From a virus (Duplodnaviria > Caudoviricetes), in IMG/VR virus record IMGVR_UViG_2765235901_000002, positions 7,161 through 71,160 of that record: DNA of 64,000 nucleotides; one strand, 5' to 3'. The number at the start of each line of letters is the position of its first letter. Position 1 is the stretch's first letter. The notes beneath the pieces were generated by a model that saw only the letters and a list, made by a program, of their open reading frames with translations, ran no database searches and had not been told where the DNA came from. Shown here in pieces: positions 18,658-26,749 of this stretch. Position numbers and translations under genes: made by a program.

Positions 18658-19047
18658 ATGACCGAACTCAGACTGACTGCGGAGATCGTGGACCAGCTTT
18701 CGTTGGACTACAACAAGGCCCGGCGCGAGTCGGGTGTCAAGGAGTGGCAGTGTCTCACCGAGCGGCTGATCGAGGAGTACGTAGAGATTGAACGATTTCA
18801 GCCGTCGAAGACCTTCCCCTCTGCTGTGTATCGTTCTTCGCCGATTCGTCTGGCGACGGAACACCCGATCGATTTCTTGACGGACCGTCGCTCGCAAGTG
18901 CCGGAGGAGCGGTGGTCGCGTATCGAGGAGGCGACGTACCGACTGTCCAATGGGGTAATCACCGAATTGACGGTCAAGGCTGCGGTGAAGCCTTCGGTTG
19001 GGGAGTGGCGTGAAGTCGACACCGGAGTCGGGGGTTCTGGTGAGTAA
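18658..19047 (+). CDS. hypothetical protein
   Basis: MTELRLT... after GGGAG. Confidence 0.7.
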   Translation: MTELRLTAEIVDQLSLDYNKARRESGVKEWQCLTERLIEEYVEIERFQPSKTFPSAVYRSSPIRLATEHPIDFLTDRRSQVPEERWSRIEEATYRLSNGVITELTVKAAVKPSVGEWREVDTGVGGSGE

Positions 19048-19189
19048 GCGTGTGGAGCGTGCCCTGTTCCGTGGTGAGCTTCTGTCGGTGTTGCGTGAGC
19101 AGGTGGTGGTGTTGCGGCGTATTGCGGCGGTGATGGAACGGGATGCACTGGTGCAGGTGGATGTCGAGCGCGAATCGTCTGGTGGATGA
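19040..19189 (+). CDS. hypothetical protein
   Basis: GTG start overlapping the previous stop. Confidence 0.55.
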   Translation: MSKRVERALFRGELLSVLREQVVVLRRIAAVMERDALVQVDVERESSGG

Positions 19190-19191
19190 CG

Positions 19192-19208
19192 GTGTAATGC
19201 GTTACACT
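19192..19208 (+). promoter_or_regulatory. palindromic operator overlapping -10 of the Y RNA/Ro60 transcript
   Basis: GTGTAA-TGCG-TTACAC (19192-19207); TACACT at 19203-19208, 7 nt before the RNA 5' end. Confidence 0.6.
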
Positions 19209-19215
19209 CGGTGAT

Positions 19216-19345
19216 GAGAGCGGGCCGGAGCTGATCGGTTAACTCCTGCTAAGAGAGAGACCCGGGTTCAAATCCCGGCATCCTCCGGGATGTAGCTCAG
19301 TGGCCTAGAGCGCTTAACCCCGGTCGGCACAACACGCCCGCTCTC
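19216..19345 (+). ncRNA. yrlA: YrlA-like Y RNA with permuted tRNA-like domain
   Basis: Terminal stem GAGAGCGGGC/GCCCGCTCTC; T arm CCGGG-TTCAAAT-CCCGG precedes closed stem CATCC/GGATG and D arm GCTC-AGTGGCCTA-GAGC; no anticodon arm; adjacent to Ro60. Confidence 0.9.
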
Positions 19346-19360
19346 GCAGAACATCACGAT

Positions 19361-19430
19361 GTTGCGGGCCGGATTCCAGCCGGTTATCACTTGGGATGAT
19401 CACCCCGGTTGGAGATGACACGCCCGCAAC
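19361..19430 (+). ncRNA. second short Y RNA (YrlB-like)
   Basis: Stem GTTGCGGGC/GCCCGCAAC, inner TCCAGCCGG/CCGGTTGGA; shares GCGGGCCGGA...ACACGCCCGC with the first RNA. Confidence 0.75.
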
Positions 19431-19466
19431 CTTCGTTCTGCCCACCACCCTTTCCGGGAGCCGAGC

Positions 19467-21062
19467 ATGGACATCCTCACCACCGTCAACACGAAGCGCA
19501 CCTCCCAGGCAGAGCAGGCCGACTCCCGCCAGGCCCAGAACGCGGCCGGCGGATTCACCTTCACCGTCACCCCCGAGACCCGACTGCGCCGGTTCCTGAC
19601 CCTCGGCACCGACGGTGGCACGTTCTACACATCAGCTGCCGACCTAACAAAGGACAACGCCCAGGTCGTCCTCGACTTCGCCGCGAACAACACCGCCACC
19701 CTGGTGCGCGAAGTCGTGTCCATCTCTCAGGCCGGTCGTGCACCGAAGCAGAACCCCGCCTTGTTCGCCCTCGCAGCAGCAGCGTCCCTCGGTGACGATG
19801 ACGGCCGGAAGCTCGCACTCGCAGCCCTCCCCGATGTGGCACGTACCGGAACACATCTGTTTCTGTTCGCCCAGTATGTGGAGCAGTTCCGTGGGTGGGG
19901 CCGCGGCCTACGCCGAGCGGTCGGGAATTGGTATCTCGACAAGCCGACCGATGCTGTCGCGTATCAGGCGGTGAAATATCGGCAGCGTGAAGGATGGTCG
20001 CATCGAGACCTCCTGCGCCTCGCGCACCCGATCACCGATGACGCTGCCCGGAAGGCCCTGTTCGACTACATCGTCCGTGGATCCACTGATGGAGTCCCTC
20101 GTATCGTGGAGGGGTTCGAGAAGGCTCAGGCGAAGCCGCACAAGGCCGCGAAGTATGTCACCAAGTACGGGTTGTCGTGGGAGATGCTGCCCGATTCGGC
20201 ATTGAACGATCATGAGGTGTGGGAGGCGCTACTGGACAACGGTGTACCGCAGACCGCGTTGATCCGCCAGCTTCCGCGCCTGACTCGGATGGGCCTGTTG
20301 GATCCGATGGGAAGCCGCACCGCGTTGGTCGCTGCGCAACTCGCCGACCCCGAACGTCTACGGAAGGCCCGTGTCCATCCGATCAACGTGCTGGTGGCGC
20401 AACGCACCTACGCGTCCGGGCATTCAGCTCGAGGCGGAGCGGAATGGACCCCGTCACCTGCCATCGTCGATGCGTTGGATGCGGCGTTCTATGCGGCGTT
20501 CGGTGCGGTGGAGCCGTCGAACAAGCGGCACCTACTAGCCCTGGATGTGTCGGGGTCGATGATGTCCCCGATATCAGGTCTTCCGTTGTCGGCGCGTGAG
20601 GCATCCGCTGCGTTGGCGTTGGTGACTACAGCGACGGAGCCGGCCCACATGATCGTCGGATTCACCTCGAGCCGCACAGGATTCAGGTCAGGCACCGGGT
20701 TGACGCAACTCAACATCAGCCCCCGACGCCGCCTCGACGACGCAATCCGCGCCGTCAGCAACCTCCCGTTCGGTGGAACGGACTGCTCACTGCCGATCAT
20801 GGCCGCGCTGCAGCAGAACATCAAGGTCGACGTGTTCAGTGTGTACACCGACAACGAGACATGGGCTGGACCCATTCATCCGCATCAGGCGCTGCAGCAG
20901 TACCGGCGTGAGGTAAACCCGAACGCGAAGCTCGTCGTCGTCGGTATGACCGCCACCGAATTTTCGATAGCCGATTCGAATGATTCTGGAATGTTGGATG
21001 TCGCTGGGTTCGATTCGGCGACACCGTCGCTCCTGTCTGGGTTTGCTCGCGGTGACATCTGA
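19467..21062 (+). CDS. rsr: Ro60/Rsr TROVE-domain RNA-binding protein
   Basis: NAAGGFTF, RLRRFLTLGT.GGTFY, KYRQREGWSHRDLLRLAH, vWA MIDAS DVSGSM, TDNETW. Confidence 0.96.
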   Translation: MDILTTVNTKRTSQAEQADSRQAQNAAGGFTFTVTPETRLRRFLTLGTDGGTFYTSAADLTKDNAQVVLDFAANNTATLVREVVSISQAGRAPKQNPALFALAAAASLGDDDGRKLALAALPDVARTGTHLFLFAQYVEQFRGWGRGLRRAVGNWYLDKPTDAVAYQAVKYRQREGWSHRDLLRLAHPITDDAARKALFDYIVRGSTDGVPRIVEGFEKAQAKPHKAAKYVTKYGLSWEMLPDSALNDHEVWEALLDNGVPQTALIRQLPRLTRMGLLDPMGSRTALVAAQLADPERLRKARVHPINVLVAQRTYASGHSARGGAEWTPSPAIVDALDAAFYAAFGAVEPSNKRHLLALDVSGSMMSPISGLPLSAREASAALALVTTATEPAHMIVGFTSSRTGFRSGTGLTQLNISPRRRLDDAIRAVSNLPFGGTDCSLPIMAALQQNIKVDVFSVYTDNETWAGPIHPHQALQQYRREVNPNAKLVVVGMTATEFSIADSNDSGMLDVAGFDSATPSLLSGFARGDI

Positions 21063-21267
21063 CGCTCGCGCTCAGCAGGCGCGTGAGCATCACCGGCAAA
21101 GCCAGGAAGCGGAGTCGACCGCTGAGCAGCATCGCCTGGTGCGGAATCAGTTGGTGCGGTCGTTACGGGCTGATGACCCGGAACGGTGGACGTACAAGGC
21201 GCTCGCTGCCGCAGTCGGGTGCACCCCTGAGCTTGTAGCAGCCATCGTCAAAAACCGAGTCCCATAG
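21052..21267 (+). CDS. small HTH protein
   Basis: WTYKALAAAVGCTPELVAAIV; GTG overlaps the Ro60 end. Confidence 0.7.
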   Translation: MTSDARAQQAREHHRQSQEAESTAEQHRLVRNQLVRSLRADDPERWTYKALAAAVGCTPELVAAIVKNRVP

Positions 21268-21294
21268 GCCCGGATTCCGAAAAGGGAGCACAGC

Positions 21295-21699
21295 ATGACT
21301 TACGTGAAACCGCAGGTCCGCATCGCAGCCGTACTCGGGAAGCACTACGCGGTCTCATTCGGGTTGTGTTTGTGCGGATGGCGAACGACCCGCACGAAAA
21401 TCGGCGAATCCTGGCGTCCTGAGTTCGACGAACACCAGGCCGAATTGGTTGCTGCCCTCCCCGATATCGAGATCGTTCCGGCTGGCACCAGCACGGCGAT
21501 GGGTGCGTTCGCCGCCGGTTCGGTCACGAAGCAGCGTGTGCTCGAGGACATCGCCTACGTGCTCACCGGCTGGCGTTACGAGGAGCCTGAGGACACGTGG
21601 GCCGCTGTCGCTGCCATCGCGAAGGGCATGGGCAACGGCGCGCTGGTAGCCGAGATCGAGAAAAGCTACACCGCCGATGAGGTGCGCACCGATGGTTGA
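21295..21699 (+). CDS. hypothetical protein
   Basis: RBS AGGGAG; CLCG. Confidence 0.7.
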   Translation: MTYVKPQVRIAAVLGKHYAVSFGLCLCGWRTTRTKIGESWRPEFDEHQAELVAALPDIEIVPAGTSTAMGAFAAGSVTKQRVLEDIAYVLTGWRYEEPEDTWAAVAAIAKGMGNGALVAEIEKSYTADEVRTDG

Positions 21700-21859
21700 T
21701 CGCCTCGAAGCTGAGTTACGTGAACTGGAGCGCACCGATCCGGATGTAGCCGATGCCGCTGCCCGCCTCGAAGCGCTACCTGACTATCTCGCGCGCACCG
21801 AGCGGTGGCAGGAAGCGCGCCGCAAGGTACGCGCTGCGGCTGAGGAGGAAAAGCGATGA
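21692..21859 (+). CDS. hypothetical protein
   Basis: MVDRLEAELRELE... Confidence 0.65.
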   Translation: MVDRLEAELRELERTDPDVADAAARLEALPDYLARTERWQEARRKVRAAAEEEKR

Positions 21860-22152
21860 GCGCGTCGGGGCGAACACTACCGCCGTTCCCCACCGACGAC
21901 GTGACACTGCACATGCTCGAAAGAGCCATCGACACCACTGCGGATGCACGTGACAACGGTGAGTTCACGCTGCCGCAGCTGCTCGACTTTCTGGCAAATT
22001 ACGACCCTGCCCGTTCCGTCGACACTGGCGACCGGATCGACGGAATCCCGGTGTTCGACCATCCTGACCAGATTTACAGCGAGAGTGACGTTATCCGGTC
22101 TCTGATCGCTACCGTTCGAGGCCTTCGCGCCAATGAAAGCGAGAAGCTATGA
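21856..22152 (+). CDS. hypothetical protein
   Basis: RBS GAGGAGG; coupled. Confidence 0.7.
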   Translation: MSASGRTLPPFPTDDVTLHMLERAIDTTADARDNGEFTLPQLLDFLANYDPARSVDTGDRIDGIPVFDHPDQIYSESDVIRSLIATVRGLRANESEKL

Positions 22153-22700
22153 GGAAGATTCCGACCCTGTTCGTCCGCGACTCTGAGGATCGCGCACATG
22201 TGCTGGCTGAGGTGAACCCTGAATGCCAGTGGGTGATTGACGGTGAAGGTGTGGCGACCCGGAAGTGGGACGGCACTTGCACTCGCCTTGATGAGTCGGG
22301 GGAGTGGTGGGCTCGCCGTGAGGTGAAGCCCGGCAAGCAGCCGCCCCCGAATTGGGTTGAGGAAGAGGCCGATCCGGTCACGGGGAAGCGTGTTGGTTGG
22401 GAGCCGATGGCGCAGTCAGCGTTCGCGAAGTTCCATGCCGAGGCGCTGCACTCGTGGACGGGTCTACGGGCAACAGCCGGCACCTACGAGCTTGTCGGCC
22501 CGAAGATCAACGGCAACCCCGAAGGCCACGCGACGCACCTACTGATGCCGCACGGTACCGACCTACTGCTCTCGTCGCCACGGGACTTCGCCGGCCTCCG
22601 CGAGTGGATGGCGGGATGGTCGGACGACAATCTTGAGGGGGTTGTGTGGTGGCATCCTGATGGTCGCCGAGCGAAGCTGAAGGTGAAGGACTTCCGATGA
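22149..22700 (+). CDS. ATP-dependent RNA ligase-like nucleotidyltransferase (DUF5565-like)
   Basis: Motif I RKWDG, TYELVG (III), EGVVW (IV), AKLK (V). Confidence 0.75.
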   Translation: MRKIPTLFVRDSEDRAHVLAEVNPECQWVIDGEGVATRKWDGTCTRLDESGEWWARREVKPGKQPPPNWVEEEADPVTGKRVGWEPMAQSAFAKFHAEALHSWTGLRATAGTYELVGPKINGNPEGHATHLLMPHGTDLLLSSPRDFAGLREWMAGWSDDNLEGVVWWHPDGRRAKLKVKDFR

Positions 22701-23095
22701 ACGTGGCCGATTTTCTGGAAGCCCGCCTAGCTGAGGATGAAACCATCGCGTGGGAGGCAGTGACGGTTGACGGCCAACGCTGGGTCACGGATGGCCCGTT
22801 CGGAACTCCCGAGTTCTACCACGTGCAAGGTGGCTACATTGAGCCTGTCGCCGTCAGTTTGGCGAAGTCTGCTGCTGTTCATGTAGCCCGTCATGATCCC
22901 GCCTGGGTATTGCGTGATATCGCGGCAAAACGGGATGCGATTACTGCCGCCCGGCGAGTACTCGAAGCCCCAGTGAACGGTGAGCTTCCCGAGGCACCGC
23001 GGCTTGCTGAGCAAATGCTGTGCGCTCTCGCTGGCGCTTATTCCGACCATGATGACTTCGAGCCGGAGTGGTTGAGGATCGTGAAGTACGGATGA
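22697..23095 (+). CDS. DUF6221-like protein (copy B)
   Basis: DFLEARLAEDE...HVARHDPAWVLRDIAAKR...YSDHDDF. Confidence 0.8.
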   Translation: MNVADFLEARLAEDETIAWEAVTVDGQRWVTDGPFGTPEFYHVQGGYIEPVAVSLAKSAAVHVARHDPAWVLRDIAAKRDAITAARRVLEAPVNGELPEAPRLAEQMLCALAGAYSDHDDFEPEWLRIVKYG

Positions 23096-23207
23096 TTGGA
23101 AACGTGACTGATTTTCGGCCATGACCTGCGATGTCGCGCTTCCTTAGTGACGCTAACGAGTGTATGATCGAACGTGTTCACCTGCCCGGCAACAGGAGTC
23201 GTGACAC

Positions 23208-23972
23208 ATGACCGTTCAAGACCGCGCAGACCACATGTATCTTTCCCGCGAAGAACAGCGGGAGTTCATGAACCTGATGGTGAAACTGCAGTGGGTGGTG
23301 GAGGAGCTCGACGTAACCCTCACTCGGCAGTCCCAGTTCGGGAGTAAGTACGAGACGGGTAAGTCGACGGAGACACCGGTGGTGTTCCACGAGACAGCAT
23401 CTGAGATTGCGTACGAACTGCACGGCACGGTCAGCGTCTGGGTGAATGAGGTGTGCACGCAACGTGGCCTGGAGTTTCCGGGTGTGGATCGGACAGGAAG
23501 GATGGCGCGCTGGTTGTGGCAGCACGTCATCGACCTTGCGTTGATCGAGGAAGCCGCGACGGCCCTCGATGAGATCCGGCACGCCCTGAAGCGGGCAGAA
23601 CATGTCGTCGACCGACCACTGGGCCGCATCTACGTCGGACCGTGCGGCACCGACTCGGACACCGGCCGTTGCGCCGCCGACCTGTATGCGACACCACTGA
23701 AAGCTGAAGTGCAATGCAAGATCTGCGGTGCCACCCACGAGGTCGAGAAACGACGGGAGGCATTGCGGCAGGAAGTGAGAGGGCTTCTCGGCACCGCGGT
23801 GGAACTCTCTCGGATGCTGCCGTGGATTCTGGATTCACCGGTGCGAGAGAACACGATCCGGCAGTGGGCGAAACGGAAACGCCTCGTCGCTCACACTGTG
23901 GATGGCACAGGTCGACCGATGTACAGGGTCGGGGATGTCATCGACCTCCATGTGTTGGCGAAGGCAGGGTGA
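23208..23972 (+). CDS. Zn-finger/HTH protein, probable late-gene regulator
   Basis: GPC...C..DL, CKICG, C-terminal ENTIRQWAKR...YRVGDV; last early-arm gene before the late promoter. Confidence 0.65.
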   Translation: MTVQDRADHMYLSREEQREFMNLMVKLQWVVEELDVTLTRQSQFGSKYETGKSTETPVVFHETASEIAYELHGTVSVWVNEVCTQRGLEFPGVDRTGRMARWLWQHVIDLALIEEAATALDEIRHALKRAEHVVDRPLGRIYVGPCGTDSDTGRCAADLYATPLKAEVQCKICGATHEVEKRREALRQEVRGLLGTAVELSRMLPWILDSPVRENTIRQWAKRKRLVAHTVDGTGRPMYRVGDVIDLHVLAKAG

Positions 23973-23992
23973 CACGCCGATCTTCCCGCTAC

Positions 23993-24026
23993 TTGACAGG
24001 ACTGTCACGCCGCCATCTGTTAGGCT
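23993..24026 (+). promoter_or_regulatory. candidate late promoter
   Basis: TTGACA at 23993-23998 and extended -10 TGT-TAGGCT at 24018-24026 (spacing too long for a single canonical pair). Confidence 0.45.
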
Positions 24027-24035
24027 TTAGCCGTT

Positions 24036-24069
24036 AGGCGTGGTTGATCCCCTGGGTCCCACGCTTTTT
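24036..24069 (+). terminator. intrinsic terminator-like hairpin
   Basis: GCGTGG..GATCC-CCT-GGGTC-CCACGC followed by TTTTT. Confidence 0.55.
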
Positions 24070-24170
24070 CTGATTCTTGGGGTGGTTGTGGCTTCCCCAC
24101 CACCATGGTCCCGCACCTCTCCTCGGCTAAGCGGGCACGCCACCCCAACCAACTTCGCGGAGATGCACAG

Positions 24171-24377
24171 ATGCCGAACGTGATGCAAGAGTTGAAGTCT
24201 GCAACTGAATGCCGAGCAGCGGCCCTCGGGCTCTTGGCCGCTGCCGACCAGTCCGACGACCGCGTGACGCGTGACTACCTTGTCGCCGCCGCGCAGGTGT
24301 ACGCCATCTTGGCGACCTCGGCAGAGACGATCTATTCGGTCACGCCGTCGCCGACATCAACCAAACCAGGAGCCTGA
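24171..24377 (+). CDS. hypothetical protein
   Basis: MPNVMQELK after GGAG. Confidence 0.6.
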   Translation: MPNVMQELKSATECRAAALGLLAAADQSDDRVTRDYLVAAAQVYAILATSAETIYSVTPSPTSTKPGA

Positions 24378-24378
24378 C

Positions 24379-24477
24379 ATGCTGTTCGGATATCCGTTCT
24401 CGACGTACCTGTCGGTGGCCAAGGCGATCATCGGCATCGCTGGCCTGATCATTCCGCTGCTGTCCCTGTTTTCATGA
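24379..24477 (+). CDS. small hydrophobic peptide
   Basis: RBS AGGAG; MLFGYPFSTYLSVAKAIIGIAGLIIPLLSLFS. Confidence 0.55.
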   Translation: MLFGYPFSTYLSVAKAIIGIAGLIIPLLSLFS

Positions 24478-24734
24478 TCGGGCCGTCGGCAACACTGTCC
24501 GGTGCGCATGCCGATCCACTGACCGACCAGTCGGAGTGGACGGAGCTGGTCGATGTCTCGCAGATCCCGTACGAGATGAAGGTTGCGATGCTCGAGGCAT
24601 GCGCATCGGCATCCCGCGCGGTCACCGCCATCTGCGGCATCGACCCCGAGCCGTTCGTGACCGAGATGTGCGACATCGCTGCGCAGTCCATGGACGACGC
24701 GGGTGTCCTGCCGATGGACAGCCGAGACCTGTGA
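24474..24734 (+). CDS. hypothetical protein
   Basis: Coupled overlaps. Confidence 0.6.
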   Translation: MIGPSATLSGAHADPLTDQSEWTELVDVSQIPYEMKVAMLEACASASRAVTAICGIDPEPFVTEMCDIAAQSMDDAGVLPMDSRDL

Positions 24735-25021
24735 GTGACCCGAACGAGACTCTGCAGCAGGCGATCACCCGCACCCTGGATCCTGATCGGCCGCAGCCGC
24801 CGTACCCGACCACCGAACATCACACAGTCAAAGCCCTCGCGAAAGACCTCAACGGCCTGGCGTTCGGTGAGCAGGACTGGCACCAGAACTTCCGCACCGC
24901 CGACCCCTACTACGGCAACCTCGCCCAAGCCATCTTGAATGCGCAGGCCGGGTGGGTGTTCGACATGGCATCTCATGTGTGGGTGACGAAGCAGGAACGT
25001 GATGCCCGATCTGTGGGCTGA
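24731..25021 (+). CDS. hypothetical protein
   Basis: GTGA coupling. Confidence 0.6.
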   Translation: MSDPNETLQQAITRTLDPDRPQPPYPTTEHHTVKALAKDLNGLAFGEQDWHQNFRTADPYYGNLAQAILNAQAGWVFDMASHVWVTKQERDARSVG

Positions 25022-25075
25022 GCTGGTCGCCCGTGTGGTGCGTTGGTGGATGCTCCGACCGTAGGGGGTTCCGTG

Positions 25076-25219
25076 ATGCCGTCATTGGAGCAGCAGATCG
25101 AGGACGCGTACCTGTTGATGTTGGGTGCACGTGAGCGCGGTGACGTAGACGCTGAGTTCGTACAGACCGAACGCGTGAACAATCTCCTCGCCCGCTACCC
25201 AAACAGTTCACGCTTCTGA
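25076..25219 (+). CDS. small hypothetical protein
   Basis: MPSLEQQIEDAYLLMLGARERGD...; not in ORF track. Confidence 0.6.
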   Translation: MPSLEQQIEDAYLLMLGARERGDVDAEFVQTERVNNLLARYPNSSRF

Positions 25220-25275
25220 CCAGCGCAAAGGCAACATCGCTCACGGGCGGGTAAGCAACCCGAGAGGCAACGCAC

Positions 25276-25560
25276 GTGGCACTCACACCTGAACAGATCG
25301 CAGCCGACGAAGCCATCGAAGCTGCTATCGAACAGGCCCGCATCGCATACGGCGAAGACGACCCAGACAGCGGCAAGATCATCACAGCCTGGTACGTCGT
25401 CGCGAAGGCTAGCTATTTCGACGATGACCAGGACTTGGTCGCATGGTCGTTCTTCAAGCGAAGCACCATGGACATCGGTGACAGTCAAGGCATCCTCCGT
25501 GTCGCCACCATCCGCGAAGACGGCATCACGAACTCCGTCATATACGGAGACGAAGACTGA
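25276..25560 (+). CDS. hypothetical protein
   Basis: RBS GAGAGG; acidic protein. Confidence 0.7.
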   Translation: MALTPEQIAADEAIEAAIEQARIAYGEDDPDSGKIITAWYVVAKASYFDDDQDLVAWSFFKRSTMDIGDSQGILRVATIREDGITNSVIYGDED

Positions 25561-25724
25561 TGACCGTTGGCGACATCCATGTCGTACCTGTCAACGACCT
25601 GATCGAGCACCTCGACGACGACTGCCCCTGCGGCGCAACCACCGAACCGGTACCACGCGACGACGGCTCCGTCGGCTGGCTCATCACCCATCACAGTCTC
25701 GATGGCCGAGAGCTGCACGAGTAA
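25560..25724 (+). CDS. small hypothetical protein
   Basis: MTVGDIHVVPVNDLIEH...CPCG...HHSLDGRE; coupled on both sides; not in ORF track. Confidence 0.7.
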   Translation: MTVGDIHVVPVNDLIEHLDDDCPCGATTEPVPRDDGSVGWLITHHSLDGRELHE

Positions 25725-26074
25725 TGGCCCGCGCGACCCTCAAGGTGTGCCGCATCCACGGGTGCCCACACATGCAAGCCGGCCCACTATGCCGAGACCA
25801 CCTGCGAGAGCAGGAACGCCACCAACGCGCCACCGTCCCCACCAAGATCCACGAACCGGCCGACAGAGCGAGACGTAAAGCCGCAGTCGAAGCCCACCGA
25901 GCTATCAACGGTGAATGGTGTCCGGGCATAGGCAGACCAGCCCACACACTCACACCACGCGATGGCGGCCTCACCGCCAACCACATCACCCCCATCGCGC
26001 TCGGCGGCTCACCCACAGGACCACTGGCAGTCACCTGCCGATCCTGCAACTCACGCCAAGCAGCCCGCTTCTGA
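25724..26074 (+). CDS. terminase-associated HNH endonuclease
   Basis: KVC..HGCP, TANHITPIALGG...CRSCNSRQ. Confidence 0.85.
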   Translation: MARATLKVCRIHGCPHMQAGPLCRDHLREQERHQRATVPTKIHEPADRARRKAAVEAHRAINGEWCPGIGRPAHTLTPRDGGLTANHITPIALGGSPTGPLAVTCRSCNSRQAARF

Positions 26075-26177
26075 AACCCCTGACCACATAGGGGTGGGGA
26101 GTACCACCCACACGGGGGGCCACCACGTTTGGCCGCGGGGGAGGGCGCTCGTAGGTCTGTCAGGTTCTAACAACTTC

Positions 26178-26227
26178 GAGTCGGTGCGATGCCGGCTCCA
26201 TTTCCGAGCGGGGCGCGATGCCTCGGA
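26178..26227 (+). promoter_or_regulatory. tandem GCGAU-loop hairpins upstream of terS
   Basis: GAGTCGGT-GCGAT-GCCGGCTC and GGGGC-GCGAT-GCCTC. Confidence 0.55.
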
Positions 26228-26239
26228 TGGAGTGTCGAT

Positions 26240-26749
26240 ATGGCTCGTGGTGGTGCTCGCGCAAATTCTGGTCCGCCTCCTGATCCGATGGCGCTTCGTC
26301 GTGATCGGCCGTCCGATAAGGATGGTTGGACGACGTTGCCTTCGGAAGGCAGGACGGGGCCGACTCCGAAGTTTCCGTTGTCCCCGTTCTCGTTGGGTGA
26401 GGACGCGGATCCTGCTTTGCAGACGCGGGTGCGTCAGCGTGAAGCTGTTGTGTGGCGTCAGATTTGGCGGACTCCGCAGGCTGTGCAGTGGGAGCGATTC
26501 GGTTGGTCGCATGATGTCGCGATCTATGTACGGATGCTGGTGATAGGCGAGAACGGTGATGTGAAGGCTCTGTCCGAGGCTCGGCAGTGGTCGGATCGTC
26601 TCGGTTTGAATCCTGCTGCGATGCTTCGGAATCGGTGGCGCGTCGCGTCGGATGAGATGCAGGGGAAGCGCGCCGAGAAGGTTGCTGCTGCTCCGAAGAG
26701 TTCGAGTTCGCGGTCGCGCATGAAGGTTGTGCCCGGTGGAGGAGCCTGA
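26240..26749 (+). CDS. terS: terminase small subunit
   Basis: MARGGARANSGPPPDP, WRTPQAVQW, DRLGLNPAAM. Confidence 0.85.
   Translation: MARGGARANSGPPPDPMALRRDRPSDKDGWTTLPSEGRTGPTPKFPLSPFSLGEDADPALQTRVRQREAVVWRQIWRTPQAVQWERFGWSHDVAIYVRMLVIGENGDVKALSEARQWSDRLGLNPAAMLRNRWRVASDEMQGKRAEKVAAAPKSSSSRSRMKVVPGGGA

Noticed and set aside
19262-19311. Conventional tRNA gene
   Set aside because: T arm precedes D arm, and there is no anticodon loop or CCA acceptor end; it fits a YrlA-type mimic
23168-23179. LexA box upstream of the late-regulator gene
   Set aside because: GAAC and GTTC are separated by 2 nt, not the required 4
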